A DNA stretch of 64,000 bases from an uncultured Gemmatimonadales bacterium (GTDB taxonomy: Bacteria; Gemmatimonadota; Gemmatimonadetes; Longimicrobiales; Longimicrobiaceae). The DNA is taken from NCBI GenBank assembly GCA_963716255.1, contig OY970303.1, positions 8,160,001-8,224,000 on the forward strand. The letters are read 5' to 3'. Positions 57,507 to 64,000 of the stretch are shown one piece after another; the first letter of the stretch is position 1; every line of letters starts with the position of its first letter. The position numbers were made by a program, and so were the translations under genes. Below the pieces are notes generated by a model, which was not told where the DNA came from, ran no database searches, and was given only the letters and a program-made list of their open reading frames with translations.

Positions 57507-58151
57507 TCAGTCGAGCATGGGGGCGATGATCTGCGCGAAGTTGTTGCGGGCGCGGTTCAGGCGGCTCTTCACCGTGCCCAGGTTGCACTTGGTGATGTCC
57601 GCGATCTCCTCGTAGGTCTTCCCCTCCATCTCGCGGAGGATGAACACCGTGCGGTGGTGCTCCGGGAGCTCCGAGACCGCGGACTCCACCATCCGGCGCA
57701 GGTGGCGCTTCCGGAAGAGGTCGTCGGGGCGGTAGGTGTTGTCCTCCCACTCCAGCGGCCGCGCGTCGGCGTCCCAGTTCTTCTTGATCGCCTGGAAGAG
57801 CACCAGCGGGTTGCGCGAGCGGTTGCGCAGCTCGTTCTTCGCCAGGTTGGAGGCGATGGTGTAGATCCAGGTGGAGAACTTCTTGGTCTGGTCGAACCGG
57901 TGAAGGTGCCGGTAGACGCGGATGAAGGTCTCCTGCACCAGGTCCTCGGCCCGCTCCCGGTCGCCGGTGGTGCGGTAGACGAAGTTCAGCAGGCGGGTCT
58001 GGTAGCGCTCCACCAGCTCGTTGAACGCCCGCTTCTCCCCGGCGAGGAACTGCGCCACCACGCCGCTGTCGTCGAGCTCCTTGAGCACGACCCGCGTGGA
58101 ACGGGGCTCGTCCGCATCCCTGGGGCGCAAGGCAAACGATGATTCCGACAT
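57507..58151 (-). CDS. ECF RNA polymerase sigma factor (RpoE-like)
   Basis: AEDLVQETF, FSTWIYTIA, YEEIA, GTVKSRLNRAR; start ATG 58151. Confidence 0.93.
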   Translation of the reverse strand: MSESSFALRPRDADEPRSTRVVLKELDDSGVVAQFLAGEKRAFNELVERYQTRLLNFVYRTTGDRERAEDLVQETFIRVYRHLHRFDQTKKFSTWIYTIASNLAKNELRNRSRNPLVLFQAIKKNWDADARPLEWEDNTYRPDDLFRKRHLRRMVESAVSELPEHHRTVFILREMEGKTYEEIADITKCNLGTVKSRLNRARNNFAQIIAPMLD

Positions 58152-58516
58152 GCGAACCCCCTGGTAGACTTTCGAAGGTAGGGAGGCGCCTCGTCCGCGT
58201 CCGCGGCCCGGGATCGCCTTCACCATGCTGGAAGCGCAGTTTCCATTCCCCGTGCCACACCACCCACAAACCGCGCGCTCACAATCACTTACACCGCACG
58301 ATCGCCGATCTTTCCCTCTTCCCATCCGTCCTCCGTAGAGGACGCGTCCCGCGGGAAAGGGACACTCCCGCCCTACCGTTCGCCCGCCTCTCCGCGGACC
58401 TGCTTTCCCCAGAAGACACGCGCCGCCGCCCGTACCCCTATGCCGCCGCGGCACAGTCCCCTGCCCTGCTCTACGCGGCCGGCCCCGCTCCGGATTCTTT
58501 TTCCCCCCCCACCTTC

Positions 58517-58648
58517 TGCGGAGGGAGACCCGCCGGCAGTTTGGCGGGGCTCCCGGAGCCGGAGCGGAGACAGCCGGGCAGTTTCGGCTGGCTCCGCGAC
58601 CCGCGTAGGAAACAGGCCGGCTGTTTGGCCTGGTTCCGGAGCGGCCCC
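58517..58648 (+). repeat. Repeat family B copy d
   Basis: Three hairpin modules ending GGAGCGGCCCC. Confidence 0.88.
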
Positions 58649-58679
58649 GAAGCCAAGGACGTCCGACAGCCCCGGTCTG

Positions 58680-59264
58680 TTACATCCCGAGCACGAACCC
58701 GGCGGCGTACAGGATGGTGCAGATGGACTTGGCGTCCACGATCTCCCCGTCGCGCACCATCTCCAGGACCTTCGAGAAAGGAAACCGCACGACGTCCATG
58801 AACTCGTCCACGTCGCGGGCCTGCGTTCCCTCCTCCAGCCCGGTGGCGAGGAACAGGTGGATGCGCTCGTCGGTGAAGCCGGGGGTGGTGTAGATGGTGG
58901 TCAGCCGGCGCATCTCTCCGGCGCGGAGCCCGGTCTCCTCCTCCAGCTCGCGCCGCGCGCACAGCTCCCAGTCCTCGCCCGGGGCGTCGGGCCGCCCCGC
59001 CGGCACTTCGTAGATGTAGCCGCCGGTGGCGTAGCGGTACTGGCGGATCAGGACGACCTCGGGATCTTCGTCGTCCGTGCTCCCGGCCACCGGGAGGACC
59101 GCCGCCGCCCCCGAGTGGCGGATCATCTCCATCTCGCCGGTGGAGCCGTCCGGGAAGCGGACGGTGTCCAGGTTCAGGTGCACGATCCGCCCGCCGTGGA
59201 CGGGTCTGGAAGAGATGCACCCGGGCTCCTGCCGGGCCCCGTCCTGCCGTGGCTGCTCGCTCAT
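58680..59264 (-). CDS. NUDIX hydrolase (ADP-ribose pyrophosphatase-like)
   Basis: RQYRY, EVPAG..ARRELEEETG, TPGFTDE, DAKSI. Confidence 0.92.
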   Translation of the reverse strand: MSEQPRQDGARQEPGCISSRPVHGGRIVHLNLDTVRFPDGSTGEMEMIRHSGAAAVLPVAGSTDDEDPEVVLIRQYRYATGGYIYEVPAGRPDAPGEDWELCARRELEEETGLRAGEMRRLTTIYTTPGFTDERIHLFLATGLEEGTQARDVDEFMDVVRFPFSKVLEMVRDGEIVDAKSICTILYAAGFVLGM

Positions 59265-59406
59265 GTTGTTCCCCGTGGTTGGAAAGATGGACACGGCCGG
59301 GCGGGTGTTCAACCCGTAAACCGATGCCTTAACGAAGTTTTAACCCTGCGCCAAACGACGAGCGCCCCGCCGGGTGGACGGGGCGCCCGCTTCCGCCCGG
59401 GGCGGA

Positions 59407-60753
59407 TCAGAGCTCCAGGTCGGACGGCTGGATCACCCGGACCTCGCCGATCTCCTCCAGCGGCCCGCGGAGGCCGGCGGCGTCGCCCACCACCACCACC
59501 ACCATCCGCTCGGGGTCCAGGTGGTCCCGGGCGGCGCGGAGCACGTCGTCGGCGCTCACCTCCAGGATGCGCTCGCGGTAGCTCTGGAAATAGTCGTCCG
59601 GGAGACCGTACACGGCGATCTGCGACAGCCGCGACGCCAGCCCCACGGTGGTCTCCAGCCGCAGCGGGAAGACGCCGGCCAGGTAGCTGCGCACGTCGTC
59701 CAGCTCGGCGGGGGTAACGGGCTCCTCGCGGATCGCCTGCGACTCGTGGAGGATCTCGCGCACGGAGGCCGCCGTGGCGCCGGACTGCACCGCGGTGCTG
59801 ACCGCGAAGGGCCCCGGGTGCCGCCGCAGGGTGAAGAAGGAGCTGAGCCCGTAGGTGTAGCCGTGCCGCTCCCGCAGGCTCAGGTTGAGCCGCGAGGAGA
59901 AGCTCCCGCCCAGGATCTGGTTCATCACCGACGCCGCGAAGTAGTCGGGGTGGGTGCGGGCGATTCCCACGTGCCCCACGCGCAGCTCGGACTGCACGGC
60001 GCCGGGGCGGTCCACCAGCACCACGCGGGGGGCGTCCTCGCGGGGGCGGATGTCCGCCTCGGGCGACGGGTCCGGCGCCCCCGCCCAGTCGCCCAGGCAA
60101 GACTCGGCGATCTCCGCCGCCTCGTCGACGCCCAGGTCGCCGGCGACGAGCATGGTCGCGCCGGCGGGCCGGTAGCGGGCGGCGTGGAAGGCCTGCACGT
60201 CCTGCCGGGTGAGCCCCTGGAGCGAGGCAGCGGTCCCGGAGAGCGGCCGCGCGTACGGCGACCCGGGGGCGTAGACGAAGCGGAGAAAGGCTTCGTTCGC
60301 CAGCAGTCCGGGGTCGGCGCGGCGCTGGGCGATGCTCGCCAGCCGCTGGGCGCGCACGCGGTCAAGCTCGGCCTCCGGGAAGTCCGGGCGGCGCAGCAGG
60401 TCGGCGAGGATGCGCGCCCCCGGCTCCACCCGCGCGCGCAGCGCCGTGAAGCCCACGTAGGTGGCGTCCCAGGAGGCGCCGGTGTCCGCCAGGATCCCCA
60501 GCCCCTCCAACTCGGTGGCGATCTCCAGCCCGGTCCGGCCGGCGGCGCCGGTGTCCAGCAGGTCGGCGGTGAGGGCTGCGGCGCCGGCGCGCTCGGCGTC
60601 GTCGTCCAGCCCGCTCACCGGGAGGGAAACGCCCATGGAGACCACGGGGAAGTTGCGCACCTCCGCCACCAGCAGGTCCATGCCGTTGGAGAGCCGGCGG
60701 CGGTGCACCGGGGGAAAGTGGAAGGGACGGAGCGGCCCGGGCGGGGGCGGCAC
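59407..60753 (-). CDS. M16 peptidase non-catalytic subunit (true start probably 60790, see findings)
   Basis: LSNG, ILGGSFSSRLNLSLRERHGYTYG; lacks HxxEH. Confidence 0.9.
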   Translation of the reverse strand: MPPPPGPLRPFHFPPVHRRRLSNGMDLLVAEVRNFPVVSMGVSLPVSGLDDDAERAGAAALTADLLDTGAAGRTGLEIATELEGLGILADTGASWDATYVGFTALRARVEPGARILADLLRRPDFPEAELDRVRAQRLASIAQRRADPGLLANEAFLRFVYAPGSPYARPLSGTAASLQGLTRQDVQAFHAARYRPAGATMLVAGDLGVDEAAEIAESCLGDWAGAPDPSPEADIRPREDAPRVVLVDRPGAVQSELRVGHVGIARTHPDYFAASVMNQILGGSFSSRLNLSLRERHGYTYGLSSFFTLRRHPGPFAVSTAVQSGATAASVREILHESQAIREEPVTPAELDDVRSYLAGVFPLRLETTVGLASRLSQIAVYGLPDDYFQSYRERILEVSADDVLRAARDHLDPERMVVVVVGDAAGLRGPLEEIGEVRVIQPSDLEL

Positions 60754-60786
60754 GCTCCGGTTCGAGCGCGTCCGGCCGCGGGGCGC

Positions 60787-62070
60787 TCACGCGGCCTCCT
60801 GCTGCGCGCGCGGAACGTAGGCCAGCACGGCGCGGTTGTCGGCGGCCAGGAACTCCAGGGCGAAGCGGCGCACCTGCTCCTCGCCGGCGGCGCGGTAGTG
60901 GTCCATCTCGGTGTTGATGCGGCCGGGATCGTCGAAGCGGGTGGTGTACATGGAGATGTCGTTGGCGCGCTCGCTCACCTGCTGGATGCCGATGACGTGG
61001 CGTGCCTCGATGCCGGTGACCGCCCGCTCGATCTCCGCGGCGAGGTCGCCGCTGGAGGGAGCCGCCTGAAGCTCGGCGAGCACGGCGGCCTCCAGTGCCT
61101 CCACCGTGGTGCCCGGGGTGGCGGTGGCGCTCACCACCAGCATGGCCGCGCCGGTGACGATGGGGAACGTGAACGCTCCCGCGTCCTTGGCAAGGCGCCG
61201 CTCGCGCACCAGCGTGCGGTACAGGCGCGAGGACTTGCCCGTGGCCAGCACGCCCGTGAGCACGTCCGCGGCGTAGAACTCCGGGGTGCCGTACGGGGGG
61301 ATGCGGAAGCCCATGTACAGCCGCGGCAGCGCCACGTCTCCCTCCACGCGGGCGCGCACCTCCCCGCCCATGCGGTGGGGGAGGTCGGGGCGGCCGGGGA
61401 GCGGCGGGATCTGCGGGCCGCGCGGGATGGGGCCGAAGTAGCGGTCGACCAGCGCGCGCGCCTCGGCGGCATCGAAGTCGCCGCACAGGGTGAGCACGGC
61501 GTTGTTGGGCGCGTAGTAGGTGCGGAAGAAGTCGCGCACGTCGTCCAGGGTGGCGCGGTCCAGGTCCGCCATGCTCCCGATGACCGAGTGGTGGTACGGG
61601 TGGTCGGCGGGGTAGACCATTGCCTGGAGGCGCTCGTCCCAGTCGCCGTACGGGGCGTTGTCCACCCGCTGCAGCCGCTCGTTCTTCACCACCGCGCGCT
61701 GGTTGTCCAGCTTTTCCTGGCTGATGGCCGGGAGGAAGAAGCCCAGCCGGTCGGACTCCAGCCAGAGCGCCAGCTCCAGCCGGTTTGCCGGCACGGTCTC
61801 GAAGTAGTTGGTGCGGTCCAGCCAGGTGGAGCCGTTGACGGAGCCCCCCGCCCTCTCGACGTGGGCGACGTGCTGGGTGTCGGCGACGTTCTGCGACCCC
61901 TGGAACATGAGGTGCTCGAAGAGGTGCGCGAGCCCGGTCTTCCCCGGCACCTCGTTGCGGCTCCCCACGTTGTACCAGAGGTTCACGGCGACGACGGGGT
62001 TGGTGTGGTCCTCGGAAAGGACCACGCGCAGCCCGTTGGGGAGGGTGTAGCGCTCGATGGGGATCTGCAT
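60787..62070 (-). CDS. M16 (pitrilysin-like) peptidase catalytic subunit
   Basis: GLAHLFEHLMF (HxxEH), DRTNYFE, LESDR. Confidence 0.93.
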   Translation of the reverse strand: MQIPIERYTLPNGLRVVLSEDHTNPVVAVNLWYNVGSRNEVPGKTGLAHLFEHLMFQGSQNVADTQHVAHVERAGGSVNGSTWLDRTNYFETVPANRLELALWLESDRLGFFLPAISQEKLDNQRAVVKNERLQRVDNAPYGDWDERLQAMVYPADHPYHHSVIGSMADLDRATLDDVRDFFRTYYAPNNAVLTLCGDFDAAEARALVDRYFGPIPRGPQIPPLPGRPDLPHRMGGEVRARVEGDVALPRLYMGFRIPPYGTPEFYAADVLTGVLATGKSSRLYRTLVRERRLAKDAGAFTFPIVTGAAMLVVSATATPGTTVEALEAAVLAELQAAPSSGDLAAEIERAVTGIEARHVIGIQQVSERANDISMYTTRFDDPGRINTEMDHYRAAGEEQVRRFALEFLAADNRAVLAYVPRAQQEAA

Positions 62071-62175
62071 CGGAGTGCGAAAGTGCGAGAGTGCGAAAAC
62101 GCGGGACGCGAAGCGCCCGGCGGTACGTCCCTACAGCACAAAGCCCGCCTGCGCGGGCCGTTGGAGCAGTTCCCT

Positions 62176-62339
62176 GCCGTTCCTGCCGTACCCCCATGAT
62201 CCGTTGCGGAGGGAGACCCGCCGGCAGTTTGGCGGGGCTCCCGCAGCCGGAGCGGAGACAGCCGGGCAGTTTCGGCTGGCTCCGCGACCCGCGCAGGAGA
62301 CCGGCGAGGCAGTTTTTCGCCGGGCTCCGGAGCGGCCCC
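62176..62339 (+). repeat. Repeat family B copy e
   Basis: Full-length copy with three hairpins. Confidence 0.88.
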
Positions 62340-62349
62340 GACGACGCAG

Positions 62350-62940
62350 CTAAGGATCCCGCTCGATCAGCGCGAACGGCAGGCTGAAGCTCTCGCGCAG
62401 CATGAACCGCCGCTCGGCGTCGGCGCTCCGGGAGATGGGACTGCTGCGGGTGGGCGAGCTGTGCGCCCGGACCCCCACGCGCATGGCGAGCAGGCGCAGG
62501 CGCAGCATGTGGAACGGGTCGCTGACCAGCACGGCGGAGCGGATGCGGCTGCCGTCCATGATCCCGGCGACGGCGCGCATGGACTGCAGCGAGGTCATCC
62601 CGCGCTCCTCGGTGAAGATCACCCCGGCGGGGATCCCCCGCCGCGCCGCGTAGCGCTTGCTCACCACGGCTTCGCTGACGGTGTCCCCGGGGCCGGTGCC
62701 GCCCGTCATGATGAGCGTGTCGGCGATGCCGCGGCGGTACAGCTCGACGGCGTGGTCCAGCCGCGCACGCAGCACGGGCGAGGGCTTGCCGTCGTACTGG
62801 GCGGCGCCGAGCACGACGATGGCGCCGGCCGGGCGGGCCTCGTCGCGGCGGGCAAACAGGACGATGGCCGTGAGCACGGCGCCCCAGCCGGCGAGCGCGG
62901 CGAGCGCGGCGATGACGAGGACGCGGAGCAGGCGCTTCAT
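62350..62940 (-). CDS. YdcF/DUF218 family protein
   Basis: AIVVLGAAQY, RLDHA, TGG, SEA, VSDPFHM.R. Confidence 0.9.
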   Translation of the reverse strand: MKRLLRVLVIAALAALAGWGAVLTAIVLFARRDEARPAGAIVVLGAAQYDGKPSPVLRARLDHAVELYRRGIADTLIMTGGTGPGDTVSEAVVSKRYAARRGIPAGVIFTEERGMTSLQSMRAVAGIMDGSRIRSAVLVSDPFHMLRLRLLAMRVGVRAHSSPTRSSPISRSADAERRFMLRESFSLPFALIERDP

Positions 62941-62977
62941 GGGCGCCGGAGGGCGAAGGGACCGGGCACGCGGGATT

Positions 62978-63853
62978 TCACGGACGCTGGAGGAGCCGCT
63001 CGCGGAGGACGGTGGGGGCGAGCTGGGAGCCCAGGAACTCGCGGGCCTCGTCCGGCCCGGCGCCGATCACCTCCTCGACCTCCTGGAGGAGCGCGGCGTC
63101 CATCTCCTCGGCGGAAAGCTCGGCGCGGGCGAGGGCGTTCCACGCTTCGTCCTCCCACCCCTCGCCGGCGGAGGCGAGGGCGGAAAGCAGCTGGGCCTCC
63201 ATGTCGCCGGGGCGCTCGGCGGCGGCGCGGTGCAGCGCCTCGGCGGCCTCCTCGCTGCGTCCGGCCTCCAGCAGCGCCATGCCCAGGAGGCCGCGCAGCC
63301 ACGCGTCCTCGGCGTCGGCGGCGACGGCTTCCTCCAGCTCGGCGATGCCGTCGTCGCGCCGCCCGGCCAGCAGGTAGGCGATGGCCAGCTCGGCGCGGAC
63401 GACGACCTCCTCGGCGCCCTCCGGGGCGAGGCCGCGGGCGGCCTCCAGCTCGCGGACGGCGTCCTCGAACATCCCCTCGCGCGCCAGGTACGCGCCGTAC
63501 GAGACGCGGGCGAAGGCCAGGTCGGGCGCGGTGATGGCGGCCAGGCGCAGGGCGCTCTCGGCGTCGGGATCGTCGTACACGGCGACGCCGTTCCCCGCGG
63601 TGGCCAGGATGAAGGGGTCCTGCGGCTCGGCGGCCAGGGTGCGGCGGAAGAAGTCGTACGCCTCGCCGTCGCTCCCCAGCTCGCGGGAAGCGACGCCCAG
63701 TGCGACGAGCAGCGCGGGGTCCTCGGGGTGGTCCTCCAGCTCTTCCAGGAGGAGGTCGCGCGCTTCGTCCCACCGCCCCTCCTCGCCGAGGGTGGCGGCG
63801 TGCTCCAGGAGCTCTTCCAAGGGGGTCTCGTCCGGGTCGGATCGTGTGCTCAC
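62978..63853 (-). CDS. Tetratricopeptide repeat protein (start uncertain)
   Basis: Repeated TPR-like helical units, e.g. LGMALLEAGRSEEAAEAL. Confidence 0.8.
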   Translation of the reverse strand: MSTRSDPDETPLEELLEHAATLGEEGRWDEARDLLLEELEDHPEDPALLVALGVASRELGSDGEAYDFFRRTLAAEPQDPFILATAGNGVAVYDDPDAESALRLAAITAPDLAFARVSYGAYLAREGMFEDAVRELEAARGLAPEGAEEVVVRAELAIAYLLAGRRDDGIAELEEAVAADAEDAWLRGLLGMALLEAGRSEEAAEALHRAAAERPGDMEAQLLSALASAGEGWEDEAWNALARAELSAEEMDAALLQEVEEVIGAGPDEAREFLGSQLAPTVLRERLLQRP

Positions 63854-64000
63854 CGATGCCATTCCGTTTGCGTGCGTGGGTGCCGGCGGAAGCAAGTCCT
63901 CTGCCAGACGGCAGCGGCCGCGTCACGGACGCCGGCACCTCTCCCGGAAGTATAGGCGACCGAGCAGGAGGTGGCGAGTGCGGCCCCCACCCGGCGGCCC

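Noticed and set aside
30308..62339. Family B hairpin triplets as mini-CRISPR arrays or integron attC sites
   Set aside because: The variable parts are self-complementary stems rather than spacers; there are no RYYYAAC/GTTRRRY ends and no integrase; the flanked genes are mostly core.

Overview
High-GC bacterial chromosome segment. Gene content and order suggest Gemmatimonadota (Longimicrobium-like); this is an impression, not a database result. Most of the window is core genes on the minus strand: prfB (programmed frameshift)-[lysS remnant]-lolC/E-lolD-mcsA-mcsB-clpC-bamA-skp; a RomX-like gene, a GGDEF gene and era; a 16S-23S-5S operon with three tandem promoters; tRNA-Pro/Arg/His; rdgB, rph, rfaE2, hemC, lptE, lpxH and murI; a nucleoside-salvage cluster (5'-nucleotidase, nupC, add, udk); a TonB-dependent receptor, cbs, mutS, a UvrA-like gene, holA, an ECF sigma/anti-sigma pair, a NUDIX gene and an M16 peptidase pair. 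Highlights: (1) a 3.1 kb lower-GC, integrase-free cassette bounded by a 93 bp duplication of the uvrA-like gene 3' end. It encodes a STAS-wHTH protein, a small unknown protein, a Cys-rich DUF4417/TGT-like protein and a convergent anti-sigma-type GHKL kinase, and is the best candidate for an undescribed regulated conflict system. (2) lysS is reduced to a ~100 bp fused N-/C-terminal remnant. (3) Three families of structured intergenic repeats occur, one Flavo-1-like with covarying stems; two families share a GAGAC..GCAGTTT..GGCTC hairpin, and composites of them bracket single genes in mirror orientation. Most long alternative-frame ORFs in the track are high-GC shadows.
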